Origin: Parcubacteria bacterium C7867-004
GTDB lineage: Bacteria; Patescibacteriota; Minisyncoccia; Phycocordibacterales; Phycocordibacteraceae
Length of the DNA stretch: 64,000 bases
Direction: 5' to 3'
NCBI GenBank assembly: GCA_001189075.1
Contig: LFCN01000006.1
Span: 588,866-652,865 of the forward strand
The stretch's first letter is position 1. Every line of letters begins with the position of its first letter. The notes under the pieces were generated by a model. It was given only the letters and a program-made list of their open reading frames with translations, made no database searches and was not told where the DNA came from. Shown here in pieces: positions 8,816-17,507 of the stretch. Both the position numbers and the translations under genes were made by a program.

Positions 8816-9610
8816 TTAGGCTGCGAGCGCCAGACGGCGCCTGCGGACCACGGAGCCGGCGAAGCCGAAGCCCACGATCATCAGGGCCCAGGACGCGGGT
8901 TCGGGGACCGCGCCGCCCGACGGCGCCAGCGACGTCGACAGGTTGTCGTAGTAGACATCCAGGTTGGCGCCAGTGTTGTGGCTGTTCGCGATGAAGTTGG
9001 TGAAGGACATCGTCCCGAAGGCGCTGGACAGCATGGACAGGTTGCCGATGGTGTACTTCAGCTGGTCGCTGCTGGTCAGCAGATCGATAGTCAGCGTCTG
9101 CCAGGTGCCCGCAGCGAAGCCGGCAGGCAGGCCCATGTTGACGTAGCCCGTCGCGTTGTCCCAGCCACTGAAGAAGTTGCTGCCGGCAGCGGCGTCGAAG
9201 AGGGTGAGGATCCCGTAGGAACTCACGTCGCCGTTGACGTCGATGCCGGTGACCCAAGGGCCGGTGATGCGGCGATCGGACGCGCCGTCGAACGCCGGGT
9301 CGATGAACAGATCGATGCTCACCGACTGCGTGCCGGCTTCGAGATCGATCTTGCGACCCTGCGTGTTGTAGAAGCTGCCGGTGCCCTGGAAGTCGGAGCC
9401 CGCGAGCCCGATGTGGAGCGTCGACGAGTGGCCGCCATGGGCGATCCCCGATTCGAAGGTGGCAGGCGCGAACCGGTCAGTGTACCAGACGCCAGGCGCC
9501 TGGGTCGGACCGGTCGTGACGGGACCGTCGAAGTTATAGAAGGTGTCGGCGCTGGCCACGCCAGCGACGAGGAAACCGGCCAGGATGGCCGGAGCAAAGA
9601 AACGATTCAT
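8816..9610 (-). CDS. PEP-CTERM sorting-domain secreted protein (264 aa), paralog of 7935-8633
   Basis: Signal peptide MNRFFAPAILAGFLVAGVASA. C-terminal VPEPASWALMIVGFGFAGSVVRRRRLALAA is a PEP-CTERM motif. Shares a Gly/Thr/Phe-rich body with its neighbour. Confidence 0.8.
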   Translation of the reverse strand: MNRFFAPAILAGFLVAGVASADTFYNFDGPVTTGPTQAPGVWYTDRFAPATFESGIAHGGHSSTLHIGLAGSDFQGTGSFYNTQGRKIDLEAGTQSVSIDLFIDPAFDGASDRRITGPWVTGIDVNGDVSSYGILTLFDAAAGSNFFSGWDNATGYVNMGLPAGFAAGTWQTLTIDLLTSSDQLKYTIGNLSMLSSAFGTMSFTNFIANSHNTGANLDVYYDNLSTSLAPSGGAVPEPASWALMIVGFGFAGSVVRRRRLALAA

Positions 9611-9820
9611 CTAGAGACCCCTAAAGGATTAAAGTTGAAGTTCGCCCAACAAACCGACCGGACTTGCGTCCGTCCCCGTTTACTATGGCCAGGAACGCTC
9701 CTGAGAGACCCAGAAGAGCTTTTGGCCGTAGTAAACGGCACCTCGAATTGAAAGAACGCTCTGTATTTTATAACCTAATTACTTATATTTTGCAATATCT
9801 GGGCTAAAATCAGAGCCTAG

Positions 9821-10183
9821 ATGCGCTATACTTTCTTCATGAAGCTCATCATTCCCTTCGTGCTCATCGCGCTCGGCCTTGTCGGTCTCTACATCAGCTA
9901 CCAGAGCCAGCGACCTCTTCCGCCTGAACCCGTGGTTACCGAGGAAGCACCAGTAGCTCGGTACATGGACATCGAGTCCTATGTCAGGAATTCAATCTCA
10001 GAACTCTCCCCTATCAAGGAGCAGCTCGGCGGAACGTTCTATGTCACGAAGATTGAAATGAGCGAAGGCATGGGCCTAGTTGAATACGAAGACGGCCACA
10101 ATGCGTATGTGGCCGACTTCACCTATTCAGTAGCAGAAGATGGTAAACCGACCATCCTCACCTTTACGATCCGCCCGGAATAA
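9821..10183 (+). CDS. Hypothetical membrane-anchored protein (120 aa)
   Basis: N-terminal TM helix (LIIPFVLIALGLVGLYISY); no known motif. Confidence 0.45.
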   Translation: MRYTFFMKLIIPFVLIALGLVGLYISYQSQRPLPPEPVVTEEAPVARYMDIESYVRNSISELSPIKEQLGGTFYVTKIEMSEGMGLVEYEDGHNAYVADFTYSVAEDGKPTILTFTIRPE

Positions 10184-10537
10184 CTAGTCCTTCGCTTCGA
10201 GCTTCGCTGCCGCCTGCGGCGTTGAGACCGCGCGACTCATCACGAGCGCTTTAAGGATGCCGAGCGCAACAAGCCAGTACACCACCATCGCAAGCAGCGT
10301 AGTCCACTCAAGCACGCTTCCGGATACCTGCGTTATCCGGAACACGCTCAGGAAGGGAGCGACAAACGGATAGGTAACGGAGTAGATGAGGTTCGTGAAC
10401 CCCGCACCCGGGTTCGCACCCAGAAGCTTGAGTACGAATCGGAACGCGAGCAGTGCCTCGATGAGGCCGAGAATATACCAGACTATCTGAGTACCGCGGT
10501 AGAGCGGCTTTGTGCTTGGGGCGACATAGGAATCCAT
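10184..10537 (-). CDS. YggT-family (Ycf19-like) small integral membrane protein
   Basis: 117 aa with two TM helices. IVWYILGLIEALLAFRFVLKLL resembles the YGGT repeat (LxxRxxL pattern). Confidence 0.5.
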   Translation of the reverse strand: MDSYVAPSTKPLYRGTQIVWYILGLIEALLAFRFVLKLLGANPGAGFTNLIYSVTYPFVAPFLSVFRITQVSGSVLEWTTLLAMVVYWLVALGILKALVMSRAVSTPQAAAKLEAKD

Positions 10538-10606
10538 AGGAAAGAAAGTTAGCGGGAAGTACCCGCTAACAATCCCATGCGCCCTATGAAGCGTTCATGA
10601 TGAAGA

Positions 10607-11023
10607 CTACTTCTTCGCGCATTTCTCGCACCGGCAACCGAAGGGCTTTATGAATTCGTCCACGTATTCCTTTCCGTAGTCGTAGGTTAGCTCGTCACCG
10701 GCCTTGATAGCGCGCGTCGAGAATATGAATACTCGGCCCTTATGAATCTTGCTCTCGCAGTTCCAGCGGCAGGAGTGATTGATGTAGCCTGCCTTATTGA
10801 TCTTCGGCTTCCCGTCGATAGTCTTCGTCTTGCTGATCTCGAAGAGGTAGCGACTCTTGCTCTTGTCGGTCTCTTCCTGCGTGAGTGTTTTACCAACATA
10901 CTCGATGACGCAGACGCCTTTCGGAATCGCTTCCCCGGCGAACAGACCAAGCCCCGCGCTGGAGCGCTTCACGGTAAGTTTCCAATCTCCCGGCACATAC
11001 TTCCCTTTCTTAGCTGGTGACAT
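10607..11023 (-). CDS. SET-domain protein (lysine methyltransferase-like), 138 aa
   Basis: NHSCRWNCE matches the SET NHSCxPNC motif, ELTYDYG matches the ELTxDYG motif, and the C-terminal CRCEKC is a post-SET-like Cys cluster. Confidence 0.75.
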   Translation of the reverse strand: MSPAKKGKYVPGDWKLTVKRSSAGLGLFAGEAIPKGVCVIEYVGKTLTQEETDKSKSRYLFEISKTKTIDGKPKINKAGYINHSCRWNCESKIHKGRVFIFSTRAIKAGDELTYDYGKEYVDEFIKPFGCRCEKCAKK

Positions 11024-11159
11024 AGTACGCGCATACTACGGGCCAATACGTACAAAGACAAGCAGAATTCATGGAGGCTTCATTAATTTGCCGTATGGTA
11101 CTACCTATAGAATCGCTTTGAGCGATTCGACTCTCTTGCTACCGTTCACCTAACCCCTC

Positions 11160-13205
11160 ATGTCCGCATACCTTACTCATCGGAATCTTTTCTGGAATGC
11201 CGTGCTTTTTGCCGCGGTATTCGCGGCCGCTGAGATCTTCTCGCATCTGTACTTCGCGGGCGGTACCTCTCCGGCGCTCATACTGCCCGCTTCTGGCATA
11301 GCGCTAGCCGGCGTCATTATCGGCGGCCCATTGCTGTGGCCGGGAGTTTTTCTTGGCATATTCCTCCACCAACTCCTAAGCGGAAGCTCTCTCGTAATAG
11401 GCATTGGTATCGCACTGGCCAACACGCTTCAGGCGCTGGTTGGCGCATGGCTCCTGCGCAAGCTCGGGTTCAATTCCTTCTTCTCGCGGGTCCCCGACAC
11501 CATCGCATTCACTGTAGTTGCGGTCTTCGCGACCATGATCGTACCGACGGTCGGTTCGCTCGCGCTCGCGGTTGCCGGCTACCCGTTCCCGCGCGGGTAT
11601 GTGGGCACCTGGATGCCATGGTGGATAGGTCAGGTGCTTTCCGCCCTTATCGTCACCGCGCTTCTAGTGCGCTGGCTTCCGAAGCTTTCAGTACAGCGCA
11701 CGAAAGTGGAATGGTTCGAAGCCTCCGCAGCACTCACCTCCCTGGTGCTCGTCGATCTCCTCCTGTTCTGGACGCCGTACCGGGAGCTCGGAGGACTTCC
11801 GCTAATCTATCTCATCCTCGGGCCGTTGCTCTGGATTGCGCTTCGAGTGGGTCCTCGCTTCATGACACTCGCACTCTTCCTGAACGCGGTTCTTGCGCTT
11901 ACGGGAACTGCGGTTATGGCGCTCTCGGGAGGAAACGCGACTGAGCTCGGAGAACTCTTATTCCAGACAGAGATCTTTATCATCATGATCTCCTTCATCT
12001 TCCTGATACTCGTCTCGATAGCCGAGGAGCGGAAAGACACCGCGAATGATCTCCGGCATAACGTTCGCGATCTCGAGCATGCGCTCGAGCGCATCCAGCG
12101 TGAAGACGAGGCGAAGAGCCGCTTCATCGCAACGCTCGCGCATGAGCTCCGCAATCCACTCGCGCCCCTCATGACCTCGCTCGAGCTGCTCTCGCTCGAG
12201 AAATCGCCGACCAGCGACACGCAGAAGGTAGCGGGCGAGATGATCGAGCATGTGAAGACCATGCGGCATCTGCTTGATGATCTTCTGGATATCTCCCGCA
12301 TCTCCCGCGAGAAGCTCACGCTCTCCTTGGAGCATGTCGAACTGCACGGGATAATCGCAAAGAGCGCCCGCACGGTAGAGCCCCTCATGCTCGAGCGCCG
12401 GCACACCCTCACTGTCTCACTTCCAGAAGGCGCGGTTAGTTTCGAGGCCGATCCAATACGGCTCGAGCAGATAATCGTGAACTTACTTAACAACGCCGCG
12501 AAGTACACCGAACCGGGAGGAACCATTACCCTCGCCGCAAGTATCGAGGAGCGCACACTCGTTATACGGGTGCGGGATTCCGGCATCGGCATGGATCAGG
12601 CGATGCTTGAGCGCGTCTTCGAGCCGTTCTTCCAAATCGAACACGGGGGGCGCACGATATCGGGCCTCGGCATCGGACTCTCGCTCACGAAGAACCTCGT
12701 GCAGATGCACGGCGGTCGCATCTCAGCACTCAGCGAAGGAACAGGACTCGGCAGCGAGTTCGTCGTCCGGATCCCGCTCAAGGAGTTTGCAGAGAAGCGG
12801 ACTGCTGCGATCTCTCCGACCACGGCGATGGAATCGGACGAGCATCGGTTCCGCATACTGGTTATCGATGACAACCGAGCGGCTGCGGACGGACTCGTTA
12901 AGCTGCTGAAGCTTCGTGGTCATGAGGCAAGCGCGGTCTACACTGGCGAGGAGGGACTTGCAAAGGCCCCAGAGTATAAGCCCGAAGTTGTACTGCTCGA
13001 CATCGGCCTGCCGGATATGGAGGGCTACGACGTAGCAAAGGGACTCAAGGCGGACGAGCGTGTCTCAGCAGTCCTCATCGCGCTAACCGGATACGGACAA
13101 GATGCGGATATCCGGAAAGCGGAGAAAGCCGGCTTCGACTACCACCTCACGAAGCCCGCAGGATTGGCTGAGATCGAGGAGCTTCTCGCGAAAATCGCAC
13201 GCTAG
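11160..13205 (+). CDS. Hybrid sensor histidine kinase with MASE1-like multi-TM sensor, HisKA, HATPase_c and C-terminal receiver domains
   Basis: ~8 N-terminal TM helices. H-box ATLAHELRNPLAPL. N/G boxes (LLNNAAKYT, DSGIGM, GLGIGLSL). C-terminal receiver with ILVIDDN...LLDIGLPDMEGY... Confidence 0.85.
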   Translation: MSAYLTHRNLFWNAVLFAAVFAAAEIFSHLYFAGGTSPALILPASGIALAGVIIGGPLLWPGVFLGIFLHQLLSGSSLVIGIGIALANTLQALVGAWLLRKLGFNSFFSRVPDTIAFTVVAVFATMIVPTVGSLALAVAGYPFPRGYVGTWMPWWIGQVLSALIVTALLVRWLPKLSVQRTKVEWFEASAALTSLVLVDLLLFWTPYRELGGLPLIYLILGPLLWIALRVGPRFMTLALFLNAVLALTGTAVMALSGGNATELGELLFQTEIFIIMISFIFLILVSIAEERKDTANDLRHNVRDLEHALERIQREDEAKSRFIATLAHELRNPLAPLMTSLELLSLEKSPTSDTQKVAGEMIEHVKTMRHLLDDLLDISRISREKLTLSLEHVELHGIIAKSARTVEPLMLERRHTLTVSLPEGAVSFEADPIRLEQIIVNLLNNAAKYTEPGGTITLAASIEERTLVIRVRDSGIGMDQAMLERVFEPFFQIEHGGRTISGLGIGLSLTKNLVQMHGGRISALSEGTGLGSEFVVRIPLKEFAEKRTAAISPTTAMESDEHRFRILVIDDNRAAADGLVKLLKLRGHEASAVYTGEEGLAKAPEYKPEVVLLDIGLPDMEGYDVAKGLKADERVSAVLIALTGYGQDADIRKAEKAGFDYHLTKPAGLAEIEELLAKIAR

Positions 13206-13211
13206 CGCCGG

Positions 13212-14117
13212 ATGTGGGACAATGGTCCTATGGAACGTACAACGCTCTACGTATCGATCGGCATAGCCGTAGTTGCGGTCCTTGCGCTTATCTCTGGTGG
13301 ATACGGGCTCTATTCCCTTTCGAACGAGCTGAAGGCCACACGCTCTGAGCTCGCCTCGACAACCGAAAGCAAAGACACCCGCATCAAGGAGCTTGAGACC
13401 AACCTGGTTGCACGGACGGACGAGGGCGTGGCGCTCGCGGCGAGACTTCGTGCCGAGCAGATGAAGAACGGCACCTTTGAGACCCAACTCTCAACCCTTT
13501 CCGGTACCATCGGAACACTCGAGAAGCTGGCGAAGACCGACAGCGAACTGCTCGCGAAATATTCAAAGGTCTATTTCCTTAACGAGAACTACCTGCCGCC
13601 GAAGCTTTCGGCAATCGATGAGGCATTTGTATCCCAGAAAGGCCGTGCGCTCGAGATGAACGCGGAAGTAGAACCATTCCTCAGCGACTTACTCAAAGAA
13701 GCGAAGGATGACGGTGTCGATCTACTTGTTGCCTCTGCGTACCGCTCCTTCGGGGCTCAGGGGGCGCTTAAGTCCTCATACAAAGTGACGTTCGGCGCAG
13801 GAGCAAACAGCTTCTCCGCGGACCAGGGATACTCGGAGCATCAGCTCGGGACTACCGTTGATTTCACAACCGCCAAGATCGGCGGAGGACTCGCCGGATT
13901 CGACGGCACTCCCGCATTCGCCTGGCTCAATGAGAATGCCTACAAGTACGGGTTCATCCTCTCCTACCCCAAAGGCAACACGTACTATCAGTACGAGCCT
14001 TGGCACTGGCGCTTCGTCGGCCGGGATCTTGCGAAGGACCTGCGCGAGGACAAGAAGCGGTTCTATGACCTCGATCAGCGCGAGATTGATGAGTATCTCG
14101 TCTCCCTGTTCGATTAG
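13212..14117 (+). CDS. VanY-like D-Ala-D-Ala carboxypeptidase (peptidase M15B / LAS family) with N-terminal membrane anchor and coiled coil
   Basis: SAYRSF, SEHQLGTTVDF and EPWHWRFVG are the VanY/M15 zinc-ligand motifs. TM helix LYVSIGIAVVAVLALISGG. Confidence 0.8.
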   Translation: MWDNGPMERTTLYVSIGIAVVAVLALISGGYGLYSLSNELKATRSELASTTESKDTRIKELETNLVARTDEGVALAARLRAEQMKNGTFETQLSTLSGTIGTLEKLAKTDSELLAKYSKVYFLNENYLPPKLSAIDEAFVSQKGRALEMNAEVEPFLSDLLKEAKDDGVDLLVASAYRSFGAQGALKSSYKVTFGAGANSFSADQGYSEHQLGTTVDFTTAKIGGGLAGFDGTPAFAWLNENAYKYGFILSYPKGNTYYQYEPWHWRFVGRDLAKDLREDKKRFYDLDQREIDEYLVSLFD

Positions 14118-14140
14118 GGGGTGAATGGTATCCTTTTGGT

Positions 14141-14434
14141 ATGGGAAGGATGAGTCATGAGTTTTTCGAGCGTAAGGATCCGGGCGGAGACGGGACCAAA
14201 GCCATTGAAGCGGCTCTGCAAGTTGGGCAGGCTCCGATTCGCGAGACGCCTGTATCAGATCTTCGTGCAGGCATGCAAGTACAGGCGTATGATGGAATGT
14301 ACACGGTTGAAAGTGTCCGAGACGGCGACGCAGGCCAGAAGAGAGTCATACGATTCCTTGAGCCGGGTGTCGAACCATTACGTGTTGATCCGGATGAGAC
14401 CGTGAGCACGCTCGCTGCAGATAGAAAAGAATAA
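14141..14434 (+). CDS. Hypothetical protein (97 aa)
   Basis: ORF ending directly at a strong bidirectional terminator. Confidence 0.4.
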   Translation: MGRMSHEFFERKDPGGDGTKAIEAALQVGQAPIRETPVSDLRAGMQVQAYDGMYTVESVRDGDAGQKRVIRFLEPGVEPLRVDPDETVSTLAADRKE

Positions 14435-14466
14435 ACCCCGCGGACAGTCCGCGGGGTTTATTCTTT
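14434..14466. terminator. Bidirectional Rho-independent terminator (aaccccgcgg-acagt-ccgcggggtt) between convergent genes
   Basis: Perfect 10-bp stem with an A-tract upstream and a T-tract downstream. Confidence 0.7.
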
Positions 14467-14475
14467 GAGCGTTTC

Positions 14476-15756
14476 TTATTTAAGATAATCCCACATCTTA
14501 GGGTCCGATCCCCCATCGAACTTGAAGACCGATACGCCCGCTACCTTGAGCTTCTTCGCGAGCGCGACCTTATCGCCTATAGCCTTCGCGTCGCTCCACC
14601 ACAGAAGCTGCACCGGTGCCTGCTTTTTGTCCTTCTTTGCAAGCGCAAGCGCGCCGGCGGCAGCGAGATTGCCTGAGGTGGTTCCCCGGGGTGCAAGCGC
14701 CGCGAGGAATCCCTGGTTAGGGAGTGCCGACACCTGCTCCTTTGGGACATAGGTGAAGGAGAGCTCGCCTGCGCGATTACGCGTCGGGGTTATGCCGTAC
14801 TTGGCCGCGATGTCGGTTGCGTAGGCAGGATTGAAGGCTTCGGTCTTTATGTAGTTGAAGCCACTGCCATCGGTGTATGGCATGAGCTGATAGATATAGC
14901 CGTAGGTGGCGATACCGATGGACATCTTCTTCTTATCGATATCCTTCGCCATGTAGTTGATAACCTTCTCCACCCATTTCACGTCCGCTACCGGCGCATA
15001 GGCTTCATTTGCCGCACGAGCGGCAGCGTTCAGCTGGAGGTCGGCAGTCTGCTGGTCGTAGGTCATGACGCGCACGCGGTCGCAGTACGTATTGATCTCC
15101 TTGAAATCGTTCGCGTATTCAATATTTGCGGGCGGCGTACCACTGAAGCGGGCCTCGAGCGGCATCCTTGCTTCTATAGTGCACATGAGCCACTTGTTCG
15201 ATTTCTTCTTGCCGAACTCGGCGGCGAGCTCCTTGAGGAAGGCGGAGTAGTAGGTGCGAGTCTCCGCTTTCTTACCCTCGTAGTCGATGTCGATACCATC
15301 GAAGCCGTTATCATTAACTGCCTTCACGATGGACTGTATGTGTGCGGCGCGCTTCTTCGGGTCCGACAGGACCTTGTGTATGGCATCCGTATCACTCCAC
15401 ATGACGGTCGGGATGACGCGGACCTTCTTTGCCTTTGCGGCCTTGAAGAGATCCTGCCAGGCGCGGCTCTGAATGTTTGCCGCATCATTAAGAGTGCCGT
15501 CCGCCTTCACGGTGTAGCCGAACGGATTCACTTCCGTGAGCTGGGAGAGATGCGCCGATGCGTCGCGAGTTCCGGCATCGGTTCGCCAGTATGGAATCCA
15601 ACCGGAGACCTCGAGCTTCCCGCTTGCTTCCTTAGTGCTCTTCGTTTCGCCTTTCTTGCTTGATGATGCAGCAGATGCAGAAAGTGGCGCCGCACTCGTC
15701 AGTATGACAGCGGCGAGCAGCGAAAGGGTCGCGAGTTTGAAGAAAAGTACGTGCAT
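14476..15756 (-). CDS. Secreted glycoside hydrolase family 18 (chitinase/peptidoglycan-hydrolase-like)
   Basis: Signal peptide MHVLFFKLATLSLLAAVILTSAAPLSASA. FDGIDIDYE matches the GH18 catalytic DGxDxDxE motif. The track ORF extends to a TTG at 15777. Confidence 0.75.
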   Translation of the reverse strand: MHVLFFKLATLSLLAAVILTSAAPLSASAASSSKKGETKSTKEASGKLEVSGWIPYWRTDAGTRDASAHLSQLTEVNPFGYTVKADGTLNDAANIQSRAWQDLFKAAKAKKVRVIPTVMWSDTDAIHKVLSDPKKRAAHIQSIVKAVNDNGFDGIDIDYEGKKAETRTYYSAFLKELAAEFGKKKSNKWLMCTIEARMPLEARFSGTPPANIEYANDFKEINTYCDRVRVMTYDQQTADLQLNAAARAANEAYAPVADVKWVEKVINYMAKDIDKKKMSIGIATYGYIYQLMPYTDGSGFNYIKTEAFNPAYATDIAAKYGITPTRNRAGELSFTYVPKEQVSALPNQGFLAALAPRGTTSGNLAAAGALALAKKDKKQAPVQLLWWSDAKAIGDKVALAKKLKVAGVSVFKFDGGSDPKMWDYLK

Positions 15757-15834
15757 ATGGTGTTCAGTATATAACAAGACGCAGAAAGAGCCGCGCCCTT
15801 ACGGACACGGCTCTTCATGAAGGAGATTCATTTA

Positions 15835-16446
15835 TTACTTCAGCGCGAGCGACGGCTCAGCGAACATCGCAGCGAGCTCTTCCTGGGTAGTCGGAGCATG
15901 CTTCATGTCCACGTGACCGACGACCGTGGCGGTAACGCCACTACAGACACCGAGTGCGACTGCCGGGTTAAGCTCGCGTCCGTTCACCTTGACCGTGTCG
16001 GTCTGGTCGAACTGGATGTCGATCTTGTCGGTCCAGCGCTGATGCATGGTGTCGGCGATGATGCGATAACCGATAAGGTGATCAACCTCGCTGAAGCGGC
16101 AGGATGGGGTGTCCTTACCCGATCGCTCGAGAAGGATAACCGTTCCGAATGGAAGCTCGCTCGCAAGGTCGCGAGAGCGGGCAGCCACGACTTCGGGATT
16201 CGAAGTCATACCGCTGGCCGTGGTAGTCGGATCGAAGTCCGTCTGCCCCGGCACAGCGTTGTAGGCGGTCATAGTCACCTGGTAGCTGGCGGCCACTTCC
16301 TTTGAAGTGGCCAGGCGTTTGGAAGGCTCGTCGAGCTCTCCAGCTGCCACGACCGGCGCGGAAATCGTCTCCGCATGTGCCGGCGCCGTTGCGCTACCTG
16401 GCAAAAACAGGAAGCCCATAAGGGCTACTACTGCGATAACAGGCAT
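15835..16446 (-). CDS. Secreted 3D-domain protein (MltA/YocH-like cell-wall-binding, lytic-transglycosylase-like)
   Basis: Signal peptide. The pattern TAYN...TTASGM...VVAA...LPFGT...ADTM...RW..KIDI resembles the 3D domain. Confidence 0.5.
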   Translation of the reverse strand: MPVIAVVALMGFLFLPGSATAPAHAETISAPVVAAGELDEPSKRLATSKEVAASYQVTMTAYNAVPGQTDFDPTTTASGMTSNPEVVAARSRDLASELPFGTVILLERSGKDTPSCRFSEVDHLIGYRIIADTMHQRWTDKIDIQFDQTDTVKVNGRELNPAVALGVCSGVTATVVGHVDMKHAPTTQEELAAMFAEPSLALK

Positions 16447-16494
16447 AAATGAAAACCGCCCTTACGGACGGCTTAACAAGCCCATAGTAGCACC

Positions 16495-16513
16495 CTTGAC
16501 AATGCTTGTCAAG
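16495..16513. promoter_or_regulatory. Perfect palindrome cTTGACAA-tgc-TTGTCAAg in a divergent intergenic region (candidate operator)
   Basis: 8-bp arms with a 3-bp spacer, between the divergent 3D-domain gene and the 16614 gene. Confidence 0.3.
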
Positions 16514-16613
16514 AGCTGTGAAGCGATTTCTTCATGTTCACGGGGGTCTCAGTATAGGAAGTCAAGAGGGTCTAGAACTGGCCAAAACGGCCTAGATACT
16601 ATATAATCAGGCC

Positions 16614-16925
16614 ATGTCGAAGCGTAAAAAGGAAGCTCGAAAGCTCTGGTTCAGGGCCAAGGAATACGGCTGGGGCTGGTACCCGGCTTCCTGGCAGGGC
16701 TGGACTATTACCTTCCTCTATACCCTTCTCTTTGCGGTTTCCATCATATTCTTCGTGGTGTGGGTAGGAGCGGCGAATGAGGCGCATTCGGGCTTTAGGA
16801 ACGTGGTTTTAGGCATCTTCGAGTTCGTCGCCTGGATGACCTTTCTGGTGTATTCCATGCTCCGTATCTGTTATAAGACCGGCGAGGAACCTCATTGGAG
16901 CTGGGGTCACAAGGAAAAGAAGTAG
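16614..16925 (+). CDS. Hypothetical small membrane protein (103 aa)
   Basis: Two hydrophobic helices; Lys-rich N-terminus. Confidence 0.45.
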   Translation: MSKRKKEARKLWFRAKEYGWGWYPASWQGWTITFLYTLLFAVSIIFFVVWVGAANEAHSGFRNVVLGIFEFVAWMTFLVYSMLRICYKTGEEPHWSWGHKEKK

Positions 16926-17507
16926 CCTCGCGTTGCCGCGAGGCTTTCTTGTTAATCGGGCCCGGTTGCTATTCCTTCCCAGCCACTGACTGCCCGAACT
17001 CTGAGGGCGGCCAGGGGTTGTCGCAGGGCGGCGCATCAGGATCGTAGTGATAGACGTCGCCTGCCTTACCCAAAGCCTCGTACTGCTTTCCGGCGGCAGT
17101 GTGGTTGCTTGTATGCTCCATCCGCTGGCCACGTGTCCAGCTGGGTCGATCGGTAGCAGCGGTACCCATACTCTTCCTCCCAAGTGAATGTGCTCACGGA
17201 AACCACAGAAGATTTCCTTGTCAATATCGTACCGTCTATCTACATAAAGTCAAGTTGTTCTTATCCTCATCTTTCTCCTATCTCTTCTCCAGGTTTGCAT
17301 GAAGACCCCGTACCTATGATCTATCCACATGACGGAGGCGATTCTGGAACCGAAACCACTCAACCTGATCGAGGAAAGTGATCGCAACGTCATAGGCATT
17401 ATCGATAGGATTATCCATGAAGCATACGAAGCCAGCGCCTCTGATATTCACGTACATCCGAGTGAGTCAGAGATCGTCGTCCCCTACGGGATGAGAGGCT
17501 TTCCTCA

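Noticed and set aside
7908-9751. ORFs 7908-8723 (+) and 8645-9751 (+)
   Set aside because: Antisense shadows of the two PEP-CTERM genes, which have signal peptides, good SD sequences and sorting motifs. The + frames are Gly/Arg/Asp-rich.
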